Under the pieces are notes generated by a model. That model was not told where the DNA came from and ran no database searches. It saw only the letters and a program-made list of their open reading frames with translations. Shown here piece after piece: positions 49,190 through 61,324 of a DNA stretch of 64,000 bases; within the stretch, counting starts at the first letter, position 1, and every line of letters begins with the position of its first letter. The DNA is taken from positions 84,239 to 148,238 of the forward strand of contig NW_021833258.1 in the NCBI RefSeq assembly GCF_006345805.1, read 5' to 3'. The DNA comes from Octopus sinensis. Taxonomy: Eukaryota. Position numbers and translations under genes: made by a program.

Positions 49190-52100
49190 TCACAAACAGG
49201 TCTATGTCTTAACCCGGAAAATGTGGCTGTTTTGTATGTCCTTGTCCACTGCTGAGTCGACAAGGATGTTTGTTAAAGAAATGAATGATCTAAAATATCA
49301 CTCCATTGTTCATTGGAAAGAAATACTGAACCCAAATCACCTCCTCAAAATGATTTATTGACTACGGGCTATTCTAATTGACAATCAACGACAAGCAAGT
49401 GTAGTAAGAAACGGAATAATAAAGACGGGGTCTTTCTCAACTCTGTTAATGGGCTTATTGAGTTGTGTTGAACTACGACCATCGATGGAACAATTTGATA
49501 TGGCTGACTGCTATTTTCGACAGTTTGGTCAATTCATGCGAAATTGTTTCGGAAGATCGGCCGGAAATTGTATAACTTATTATTATTGAACACAGTTGTA
49601 TACTATCGAGAATACTGACATGTCTTCCGCGGAGAGATGCAGAAGCTCCTGTACAGGCTATTTTTTTCTTTTTTGACAAACTTATTCCGGAATTGAAGGC
49701 ATCATTCACTATATTTATTATAGGCTATGGATGTATTACTGGAATACTCAGATCTTTTTTTTAAAGTGGTTAATACACTCATGGAGATGGACTTTACGGC
49801 TTTAGTCTATGCTGAAGAAGATCCCCGACTTGCCCATCTTCTCGGTTTGGCTTGCAAATTAATTAAACATTTTCATTTTGAAGATTGCTTCAGCTCGAAG
49901 GTCTTTCTTAAACACGAAAAATAGGAATTTATTTCAAAACTAATTGAACTGGTCTTTACTTTTCCCACAAAAGACGTCAAAAATGTTCCAAAATGCAGAA
50001 GCAGCCCAAGTCGTCTCCTTACCTTCACTTTCCTGGCCAGAAAATAAATATTATGCTTTGTTCCGAGATTTGCAGAGGACGTTTATAATTCTAAAGGTCA
50101 GTTTTATTGGAAATTTGGCAGGAGAGTTGGAAAAAGTCTTGCAATATTGTCAATTTATGTAAGGCTTATATATACGAGAAAATGCCCCTGAATGTATACG
50201 ACCCGAAGGATATGACTGAGATATTCAACGACCTCTTGACAAAAATGGAATGCATGTGCCCATCTCTAGTACGTCGATATTAACTAAATTAGAACGAATG
50301 TGTCAAGAAAATGTTTTTCGGGACCATTTCCAATTCGATCGTATCGTTGTGTCGAGTATTTTATTTACTTAGGACTGTCCTCACGTGAGTATTCGTCATG
50401 AAGAGTTTTATAACATTCAATGTCAGGTCATGGATGTCGAAAACTTATATGTATAATAATCTACTACAATAAGCAATCAAATCTTTTAGAAAGTTGGGCT
50501 TTCTGTTTATTTGTCAGATCAGATGAGAACGTGTCAAGACATTTAATTTGAATTGATAGGGGTTATTGTTCATTCTGGCAATTCGGAAGCGGGCCACTAC
50601 TACTGCTTTATCAAAGAATTGACTCACCCCTTTCAGTGGTATTCATTCAACGATTCAACAGTGACCATGTTCAACCCTAATGACATTCCTAACGAGTGTT
50701 ATGGGGGAATGGGAGGATCCGCTATTAAAGTTCGCTTTATCCTCCACTCTTAGGGCAACAACGCTTATATGCTTTTCTATAAGAAAGTCGGTCAATCGGT
50801 TGATGCAATTGTTCTAACGGATCCCCCAATGGACAATATTCTGATTTGGTGGAGGTTGGACTTTTCATATCTTTTTAGTTCGTTTGGAATGATAATAAAG
50901 TGCTGGATAGAGAACTATTGTTATTCGAACACGATTACTTTCTGTCAGTTCATTTATTTAAATCTGCTAGTTTTGTCGAGAAAATTTGTTTTCTCCTCCA
51001 TTGCAGAATCAAACAAACTACTCCTCCTGTGTCGGCCCAGTCTTGTGTTCCCTTTTTTGATATTGTGACAAATTCGACTGCTGAACATTATTTGCTTCAT
51101 TTTTGTCAAAAAGTGCAAAATGCATATTCTGCGAATCCACGTATAGCCGAGGTGGGGTTGTTTCCAGATTTTTAGCCGTTTTTCGATTATTTTGTATCTG
51201 TTCCGAGGTGGATCGCCAGACATTCGGTCTATTGCAATGTTGGACACATTCGACAGGTTGATTTCTCTTTTCACCTTTTAGACATTTATTGAATTTATAT
51301 CGAATATTATTTTATTTCTTATTCCAAGACAACGCTCACAGTTTTACAATCAGAGGTTGCCTTCTTTATACTAATTCCAGTAATGAACTTAATCAGGAAA
51401 ATAGACTTGTAAAGTTTTTTATTATTACAGTTTAAAATATTATTCATTATATCACGCAGCGTCCGATGAAAGGATTGTATGTTTTCCATTTTATCACGAC
51501 AGGGTCAAGTCACCGAGGAAATTGTTGCCAATGTGAACGAAACTCTGACTATTATGATTAAATTAATATTCATGACACTCAAAGACAACGCGGAATGTAT
51601 AACTACTCAGGCTGTCCAGGGCTTGGCATCCCATTTGAATGTATTGGGCGTTCTGGCTTGTCTACTTAGGAGAGTACTTTTTGTCAATCCTGACGTGGTG
51701 GATATTTTTGCTTTGCTGATTAAAAGGCTTCCCTCCGTTTGGGATTTGACTAAGGATGTGTTGGAGGGATTTGTGAAGGGACTCCGATCGTATATTTTCG
51801 ATGTGTTTTCTTTCATTACTTATCTATAGGGTTAATTGGTTATAGTTAGTGTAGAATTTGATAAAATATGGTGAATGAAGTTTTCATTCTCAATCTACTT
51901 GATTGTCTCAGGGCTAACCCAATTCAGGTGGCTCAATATTACTCTTGTGGGGTGTCCCGAGTTCATATCGCAGTTCAATTACGAAGAAATGTGTTCGTAT
52001 TCGACTTCCCTTCTTTAGGAATGTATTTTGTCACTGCATACAATTTTGGCAAATCTTTTCCAATGCATGCAATTCGTGAAAAACATATCGAGTAGTACGA

Positions 52101-53130
52101 ATGTATAATTTGTAGAGACCAATTACGAGTTTTTGTTTTATTACTTTAATCTGCTCACCTATTTCTCAGTGACGAGAGTAGAGAAGGAAATGATTATATT
52201 CAATATGTAGTCCACGGAATATACAACTATATTATATGATTTATTATATCCCGATATATTCCACTCTGAAATGGCCTGTGACTACTTCAAATGTGCAATC
52301 GTGGTGTATTGGGTGCATATTTGTGCTCCCCAGTGTCCTTTACTCTGCACCACTATTGACCAATGCAACATTTTGTCCACTTTTCGTGATTATTCGTAGA
52401 ATTGACGAGGATGAGTCGAATCAAGTCGAGTTTAATTTGTTTTTTATTTATCGCTATTGTCGACTATTGTTGCTTTTTGCCGAGAAATCTGAGACTGTGG
52501 CTGTGTTGTTGGCTCAATCAATGGCAATTCGGTTACTTTACCAGATAATTATCCCTCTCATGTCATATCCCGAGGTTTGATGAATTGATCTGATCCAGGC
52601 CATCGACGAACTGTGCTATCTCGTGATTCTACTAACTGTTGACTATCCTCAACAATGCACTGACAGTTGCCAATTTAATGAATTTATAATTTACATGACC
52701 ACCACCATCCTGCCTCTATATGCTTCAAAGCAAGTGTGGGCTATGTTTATAAGGTTGTGCACCAATAATAGATTTTCCAATATTCTCTTCACTACGAACG
52801 CGAATCTAAAGTTGTTTTTGAATAATGGAAGCCTAATGAAGATTTTTAAGGTTTGTCTCAGATTTTTCAATTTCAGATGTTCAAGGACGCCAGGGACGTG
52901 TACTTTCACTATCCGGCGAGGCTGAGGGGTTGGTAAACATAATTTTTCTGTTTTCTGATTCACTTGTTGTAATCAAGGAAATGGTAGGCTTTTGCTGTTA
53001 TTGTTGGTCAAAGAAGAACAGCACATTGTGGAAATATATCAGAATTATATTAATTTTCTCTTTTTTAGTAGATCAAAGAAATTTTAATTCACTGTCGATG
53101 AACCATTTATACGGTTTTTCTAGCATTTAG
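49190..53130 (+). pseudogene. USP34: USP34-like ubiquitin C-terminal hydrolase, multi-exon, internally deleted
   Basis: LLGLACKLIKH...FPTKDVKNVPKCRS; PKDMTEIFNDLLTKME; DCPHVSIRHEEFYNIQCQVMD; His box GVIVHSGNSEAGHYYCFIK...FNDS...AYMLFYKK. Introns at 49901-49924, 50097-50121, 50269-50292, 50730-50753. Cys box not found. Both ends approximate. Confidence 0.85.
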
Positions 53131-53641
53131 CTATCATCCCTTTAACATAATTACGACAATTTTTATTGATTGTATAAAATTTTCAATTTACTATTTTCTT
53201 CACAAATCATAATGTAGCTTTTCCACTCAACCTGTTTTATTGTCTTCTATCTGTAAAATCACGATTTTATTTTTCATTCTGCCATAAAAAATTGTGTTTC
53301 ACTTGATTGTGAATCACAATTGAAGATTTTTAAGGTTTGTCTCAGATTTTTCAATTTCAGATGTCGTAAAAATCGATCAAACTGAATTTGTGTTGGTAAA
53401 TTTGAATAATCTTGACGATAACTTTGATGAATTTTTATACATTTAAAAAGAAATTCTCAGCTTTTTTACTTCTAAAATTAAATTAATAATTAAGAGTTTC
53501 TTTGTGGGTCAGACAAAAAATATTTTTTTAATTTACAAACTCACTGAAATAAACATCACTATCTATTGTTGATTACAGTTTTAATTAATTTCATTAATTA
53601 AACATTATAAAAGTGTCTATTAAATTTAAATAAATAACAAA

Positions 53642-55059
53642 ATGCTTGCAATCAGTGCTCCTTGTTGGTTTTCAATTCAACGATTCATTTCTACTACCAC
53701 CGGGACAATTTACCGAGAAAGAAGACGTCGACTCATCCAAAACATCAGTCTGACTCACAATGGAGACATCATGGCCATCATCCCCTCATCCACAACTCAA
53801 TACTCCGCCCCCGACGTACCCCATCCCTTCAGACAGAACATGAATTATTTTTATCTAACGGGACACGACCAACCAGATGCACTCCTTGTATGTACTCTCA
53901 CAAATAACACATTCAACGACTATTTGTTCCTACCACCATTCTGCCCTAACAAACTCCGCTGGGAAGGACCTTCTCTCACATCGAGGAACTCAGCAGAGTC
54001 ACTGGAACTCAGCAAAGTTTTGGATTTTTCAGAAATAAAATCATTTTTGTGGTCACATGAACATTGTCACGTTTTTATGGACAATTTAGAATCATCCTGG
54101 CTACTAATAGCCCATGATTTGAATGTGGGGGACAAGAAATGTATTTCTCCCTTTATTAGTGACATGCGGATAAGAAAAAGTGACTGGGAGGCCTCAAAAA
54201 TGGCCAAATCCTCGCATATTTTGGGAGAGGCATTGAAAATAGTGATGAACAAATCAGTAAAGGAAATGGTTGGATTATTAAGTCAGTAAAAGATGTCGGA
54301 ATATCGAATAAAAAGTGAATTGAGTTATCAATGTGATTTACTGGGGGGTGAAGGATTTGCCTTCCCGCCAGTGGTGGCATGTGGGGATAATAGCACAATA
54401 ATCCATTATATGAAGTATAAGGGAGAGTTCAGACGGGGGGAGTTGATATTGGTGGATAGTGGATGTGAGGTGGGTCACTACTGCAGTGATATGACAAGAG
54501 TGTGGCCTTCTTGTGGTGAATGTGGTCAAATATTAAAGGAGTGTTTTCCCGTGCTCAGAGGGAGGTGTATGAATGTGTGTTGGAGGCCAATTTGGAGTGT
54601 ATTGAGGCATTTAAAAGACAAAATTCGCTTAATTTTGTCAATGATTTGATGTATCAGGTCTTGGCTGATAATTTGATCAAAAGGAAGGTTATGAGGACAT
54701 CCAGTCATTTAGTCCCCTCTGTAGTAATAGTTATGAGGAGGGCTAGATTGTGAAGAATGTTTTGTGTCCTCATCATGTGTCGCATTATTTGGGGTTGGAT
54801 GTGCATGATACGGATTCTGTGAGTAGGAATGTGCCTGTCCAACCAGGATTTGTTGTGACAGTCGAGCCTGGTTTTGTGTTTGTTGTGGATGTGTTTAGGA
54901 TTGTACATTTCTCGGGATTGTGGTTATGTTTATGACGAATATAGGGGTATAGGTATAAGGATTGAAGATGATTTGTTGATCACACAGAATGGAGGTCATG
55001 TGCTTACTAGTAATTGCCCTAAGTACGTGGATGATATTGAGGACTTGTTGTGTGTTTGA
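53642..55059 (+). CDS. XPNPEP3: Xaa-Pro aminopeptidase 3 (Icp55 orthologue), 438 aa, 5 exons
   Basis: Introns 54269-54292, 54516-54538, 54721-54746 and 54871-54898 give a 1317-nt open frame. [12 protein letters not shown]; metal ligands in LVDSG...[25 protein letters not shown] and IRIEDD. Confidence 0.95.
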
Positions 55060-55569
55060 ATAAAGAATTGATTAATTGATAATTAGTGGTAATTAATGTA
55101 TTTTGAGTAGTGTTGAGTAATGGAATTAAGGTGATATGATTTTTGAATTTCATGGAACTGGTTTATTTAGAGTACCATGTATTCTTTACTGTTATTTACA
55201 GCTATTAATGCAATTTGTTTTGTATCAATTTTAGTTATACTCCACAAATATAAGAATTGTCGGAATATTCTTAATTGTCTAAATTCAATAAAAATATACT
55301 AGAGAACAAGATGTTAAATAGTGTTCTGATAGCAAAATCGGATTTTAGAAAATGTTGACCTGAAGAAAAATGCATTAGATTGTTTGGCACGATTTCGCAT
55401 ATTACCAGAAGCTACTAGAAAAACTGCACGACGAACAGAAAAGCGTGTCTTTTCGACCATCGTCGCTTAAGCGTCAAGAAATATTTTAAATGAATGAGGC
55501 TCGAAAAGTGCATTTCAATTTCAACTGTGTTAAATTTGCCTTAATTTTTGCAGAAAAAATAGAGAAATC

Positions 55570-56030
55570 AGCAAGAGCTCAAACAATAAGAAATACAGTG
55601 AAAAATTAGTCTGAATGTTTATCCGCCCACGAAAAGCCCATTTTTTACCAAAAACAAAAAATTCGAGGATTGATGTTATGCTAAAGATGGAATATACACC
55701 CAAAATATTTTTGGAAGCGAGTTATTTTCACTCATTAAAGTAAATTTAACATGTACAATAGTGATGAAAGAACTTTTGTATGGAGAAAAAGCAAAGAAAA
55801 ATATTTGAGAAAAAATGTGACAAAAACAGTAAAATTCGGTAAAAAACAATCATGGTATGGGGTGCCATAAGCATTATTGCATTCAATAATTTGGTTTTGA
55901 TAAAAGCGAAGATGGATGGAGCTTTGTATGTTAACATACTAATGAATAATCTTTTCTCATTTCTGAACAAAATTGAATAAATGTTTCTACAAGATATCCA
56001 TATTCCATTACTTTCAAACAACCATCAACG
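55570..56030 (+). mobile_element. Tc1-like transposase remnant
   Basis: SKFNMYNSDERTFVWRK...TVKFG..IMVWGAIS...MDGALYVNIL. Confidence 0.8.
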
Positions 56031-56810
56031 ATATATTATCGTGAAATGTGACGTTTAATTAATTGAAAGATGTTTATAACGTTTTTTGAATTCCTCTGAA
56101 ATCATTTATTAAGTTTAATGTACAAAATAATTCCACGTCAACCAAGCAGAATGTTTTGACTATAAATTTATAACTACTTAGTAACAGAAATATGTCAATG
56201 TATTATAAAAAAGCAGTTAAATAGTGGGAATATATATTTTTTTGGAAATGTATATATTTAGAAAAGTGGGATTAGTCGTCTATTATCAGCTAAGTCTTCA
56301 TTCGTTTTTACTAAATTTTTTTGACATATATCATTTACAAACTATATATTCTTTTTATTAAGTAAAATAATTCAATCCTCTAAAGAAAAATATGATTAAA
56401 TAACTTATTTTTTATATATGGCATTTTTAAATTTGTATAAGTTTATATAATTAATAATTAAAAATAATAATTATTTCTAATAAAAAAATTGCACGAGATA
56501 AATATTTTTTGTTTTGTTACTGGTTGTTGATTGACATGGGCGTAATTAAAAACTGTCTTTTTTGCTGAAAAATTCATAGTTTTTGTTGTAAATTTTTTGT
56601 TTTATTATTATACATAAAATATTTTTATCTTTTTTATTTATATTCATTCGATTTTTCAAATTTAGAGTTTTGCTGATTTTAAATATCGAAATGATTTTAA
56701 TAAATTACGTTATTTTAAATTTTTTAAATATTTTTAACACGAAATTTGTAATTATCGAATGAAAAATTTATTATTAATAAATGGTTGAAATTTATTTTAA
56801 AATCACAATA

Positions 56811-56845
56811 CAGTACGACCTCGGTTGGAGTCACCATTTGTATCA
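56811..56845 (+). mobile_element. Orphan pogo-type left TIR
   Basis: TA followed by CAGTACGACCTCGGTTGGAGTCACC. Confidence 0.5.
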
Positions 56846-56959
56846 TTTTTTTATTTTATCCTCCATACATTTTTATTGCATTATAAACAATAAATTAAAA
56901 TTATTTAATTGTAGTAAAATTTAAATCAACATTTTTCATTACATTTAAATTAATAATTG

Positions 56960-59000
56960 GACGATTCTCAAATTTTTGTTTTCCGAGTTCCTTATGACTC
57001 CACTTTGATCGTCCCTGCCATGATCCTCAATCTCCTCCTGGGGCGTAGAGTCTCTGGGTCTCTTAACGGACTTGTTGATCTTCCTAGAGAAATTATATTT
57101 CAGCCAGTCCCCATTTACGGAATTTCAGAGTCCAGAATTTCACTGAAGCCATGTTTGTACTCGACAAACATGCTCTCCAAAGTGGTTTTCAGCGTTACAG
57201 TCTGGATGTAAGAACGAACAAGTTCTTCATTCCCAAGGAGCTCCATGTACTTGCAGTAGAACGTCGAGACGATTTCATCTCACGTAATAACTATTTGCAC
57301 AATCTTCGCCTTAGCTTTGTGAATCAGTTCTAATTCACTAGCTAAAATGTCGTATTTGTGCAATTTATCTACTTCCACACTCTTTAGGTTGTCTATTGAA
57401 GTTACACCCACTTAAATAAGCCATATTAGGTTCTCTTTTTTGTCGTAGAGGAAAATGTCGGGTTTGTTATTTTGTATTTTCAACTCTGTTGGAATTGTTG
57501 TATCAACTCGTATTTCTGCCAAGGTGTTGCACATAATACTCTGGACAGAGTGATTTTTCAGTCTTCTGGATTTTTTGAATCTAAATCTACGACACAAGTG
57601 CATGTGGATGCATCTTACAATTTCATTGTGTCTTCTTGTATAATCCGAATTAAGCTTCCTGTTGTATCTAGTTGCCATGTGATCAACTGTCTTATTGGAA
57701 GATTGACAGTGTGGACATTTTGAATTAGGGTCTCTGAAAAAAATATTCCTGTTTTGAAGAATTGAAGACATAGCTTCAGATTTAGGAGATATATTCCCTT
57801 TCTTAAGCCATATTGAAGACGATTGAATATAAAAATTGTTATCATCAAGGGATTCAAATAGATTCGAGTTTCTTTTGAATTCAAATTCACTTGCAAAATA
57901 AACTTTATCCAATAGATTCGAGTGGAGTGTTTTCTTCTTAATATTGGACAGTAAGGACTCAATCTATTCAGTGATTTGGTTATCTCTTCTTGGGTGTTTG
58001 ACTTGAAGGTAATCGAGGCAAGCCCTCTTCCAAGTTTATCCTTCGGCAAATATAGCCTCTCCTTACAGGCTGGTTTCATGTGAATATTTAGATCCATTAA
58101 CAGCTTCCTGACAAATTTGTCAATTTCATCAAAAGCGGACGGTTCCAAATCCAGAAGGCCGATATAATAATTGTACAAGGATAAAGCATGTTCATTAATT
58201 GCCTTAAACAAATTCACCGAATTTAGTTTCGTCTTCCAAAATCTTTTGATACGTTGTTGAACCTCAATCCGTAATTTTTTCAAAACTTCTTTAACAATTT
58301 GACTAGACTTATTTTCCAATACACCCAAATTACGGTAACTATCCAGTACATCCAGCCGTTTGGCATCTTTTTTCAATAAACAACTATTTGCTGCCGACTT
58401 CTCACATTTTTTTTCCAAACCCGAAGGTTTAAAAAATTAATCCACGTCTTCCATCATACATCCAAGTTTGACCTCATCTTTAGCGAGCAGTTTCAAATCA
58501 TCAATGAATAAAAAATGATTTGTAGAAAAAAACATTGAATTTTCTTGATCGGTATTGACTGATAAATTTGGGTATTTAGCTGATGACAATCTGCTCAACG
58601 GATCCAAAGTCAAAATAAACAACTGAGGAGGCAGGGAATCTCCTTGGGGTATTCCACGTTCTATGTTAACAATTCCCAGTTGAAATTTGTAGTAGATTTT
58701 TAAACCTTGTGGAAATGTACTAAAAATATTATTTTCGAGACAATTTGTTCTGTTGTGATTTCGTTAATTGATGATTTTTTTGGATTCATATTCATCATGA
58801 GTGATTTTGTCCCGAATAATATTTGTAGAATTAGTTATTATAACATCTGCTATTATTTCTTCGTCCAACTGTACATTTTCCGAAGTTTTTTATCTGTTTT
58901 TGTTAATTTTCTGCCAACAATTAATTGTTGTTGTCTTAGGCATAATTTTCCATGTCTCCTCGACAACTGTAATGACTTGTCGAGATTGATATTATTCTGA
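56960..59000 (-). mobile_element. R4/Dong-like retrotransposon, longest copy (RT, CCHC, endonuclease), frameshifted
   Basis: RGIPQGDSLPPQLFILTLDPLS; NHFLFIDDLKL; YRNLGVLE; NSVNLFKAINEHA; CPHCQSSNKTVDHMA...RRHNEIVRCIH; NKPDIFLYDK; TLESMFVEYKHG. Confidence 0.9.
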
Positions 59001-59014
59001 TTATTTATTTATTT

Positions 59015-59520
59015 ACCCCCGGCCCCTTCAATTGAAGGAAGCCGGTGGCTAACAAGAACGTTAGGGCCAATGTCGGACGCTCCCAAAGATCCCCGATCGT
59101 GATCCGGTGTTCCGAGAAGTAGAAGGCGGGCCTGGACAGGAGAAAAGGTCGTTGAGGGAATAGGAAGGGGTTATTTCACCAAGACCGATTTTTATGCGAT
59201 AATCGTGTAGGCCAGTATGGTGGCCACAGCGGAGACGAGCCAAGTTCACTCGGGCTTCTCTTGAGAGGGAGGATTCGATCTTATTAATTGGCGGCGGAAG
59301 GCGTCCCAGAAGCTTGTTATTCCAAGACATCTGATTGCCCTCGTAGCCACCAGGTCGTGAATCCCCTTCTGGTTAATGTCCGGAGGGGATCGTATAAGCT
59401 TGCGGACTTTGTCCGCGAGGGTCGGAAAACTTCTCCTGTTGTTAGTGGAGTGCCAGAGGAAGTAGCCAGGGTGATTTAGGGTTCGGCATTTGTCAAGAAA
59501 TTGCAGCCCGAGCATTTCAA
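59015..59520 (-). mobile_element. I/Jockey-group LINE 3' end (family of 36140-36960)
   Basis: NKLLGRLPPPINKIESSLSREARVNLARLRCGHH; 3' hairpin ccggcttccttcaattgaaggggccgg; (TAAA)n tail near 59015-59030. Confidence 0.75.
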
Positions 59521-59999
59521 AATGGTCACTGATTGGAAGGATTTTCGATTCCCAATGTAGGTGGTCGGTAGGTGTCGTTTTTAGACAGCGGTAATAATTC
59601 GTAATGCTGAGTTTTGAGTTCTCTGAAGTTTTTCAAGGTTTGTATTAGATAAGCATCTTTTTTCAATAAACAACTATTTGCTGCCGACTTCTCACAACTT
59701 CTCACAACTATTTCAATAAACAACTATTATTCTGATTCAAATCTGAAAGCTGTTCTTTTTAAAATATTGCAAATATTTTCATTTTCTACAGTTTCAAAAC
59801 AGTTGTTATAATCATAGAAAAAATTGGATAATAAAGAATAGTCAGACGAATTCTTTTCTCGACTTACAATAGTTTTGAATAGCAATTCGTGCCTTTTATT
59901 GCACCGGTCGAGCAATAAATTTGACGCCTTAAATGATGCGTAAAGAATTTTTTTGCAATGAGTTTCAATATATTTCCAGAAATTGGAAGAAATTCATCT

Positions 60000-61320
60000 C
60001 GCAAACGTAAAAACGTCATCGAGATACCAAAGATTTAGTGGGGAAGATATAAGTTTGGTCACCTCAGAGATTCCAAAACAGAAAAGGAGTGGTCCCAGAG
60101 GGTTTCCATATTGAACTTGCCTGTCTCCAACCCATGTCGTCGAAAGGGGAATTGCATATGTTCTGAGTACAGGTGCGGATAAGGTGGTCAATGGCGGAAA
60201 GTCTCTCTGGAAAATCAAAACACGGAAAAGAGCGTAGCAAATAGGAGAGCTTTTGGATTGAAAAGCAATTCCGTAGGAGAAATAATGCTGTGTGTGAGTC
60301 CAGCTGTATGATACGATCAAAAACTTCCTCGAGAAAGAGTTCTTTTTTGCGTAGGGCCACATCGATAGAGTTGCCAGCCACCGGGGCTCCGAGGATAAAA
60401 AGTTCGTCTATGGGAGTAGATTGAACTCCCGGGATAAGATTGCAGAAAGAGGAAACAGCGTCTTCAAAAATAGATTGCGAGCATCCGAGGTTGGAAATTT
60501 CACATTTGGAGAAATTTAAAATGAGGCCGATTTTCTCCAGAGCCGGAATGATTTTAATTATGTCCTGCAGGACGATGTCCGGAGGGCCACCGAGAGTGGC
60601 GTCGTCGAGATACCAGAGGTTTAATGGAGAAGATAGAAGCTTGATCACCTCGGAGATTCCAAGACAGAAAAGGAGTGGCCCCAGAGGGTCTCCCTGTTGG
60701 ACTCCCGAAGCAGACGGGATAGTGTCGGAATCAAAGATAAGAGAAGATGGTTGGCCGTATGATTGGAAAGTTAGCCCAAATAAAGAAGGACAATACTCAG
60801 AGCAGTCCTCCAAAACTCGGTCCCGTCGAATACTGTTGAATGCATTTCTAAGCTTGATCAATATGTTTGGATATGGGGATTCCTGCACGCATCTGAGAAT
60901 GTGCGGATTGCATGAACTGCATATTCACATCCTCCTGGCACGCCGACTTCGAGTTGGACTGGGCTGAGTTTTGGTGGGGATTATTTTCTTGCATGTGATC
61001 ATGGCTGCAAGCCGACTGCAATTGATTGCTTCGGTCTATGCCCAGACATGAAGAACAATTCCAGATGGAAATAGCAGACATTGCTCTCTTGGTCATTTTG
61101 GCACAGGACATGTGGGAATGATTTGAACAAGTTGCGCAGTAAATCCATTGTTTTCGACTGTTTGAAATGCTGCAAGCTCTTCTTATAACGAGAGCTCTTC
61201 TTATAACGTCGTTGAGAGCTGAATGCCTCGGGAATCTACCAGCGCTTTTTCGATAAGAAAGATAGTGAAGTCTAAATTGATCAATCGATGCACCACAGCG
61301 GCATTTGTGTGGTTCACAAA
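60000..61320 (-). mobile_element. CRE-like retrotransposon mosaic (CCHC scrap, PHD finger, RT)
   Basis: [17 protein letters not shown]...WNCSSC (PHD); NAFNSIRRD...GVQQGDPLGPLLF...WYLDD. A second related RT piece lies at 60000-60125. Confidence 0.88.
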
Positions 61321-61324
61321 CTTT

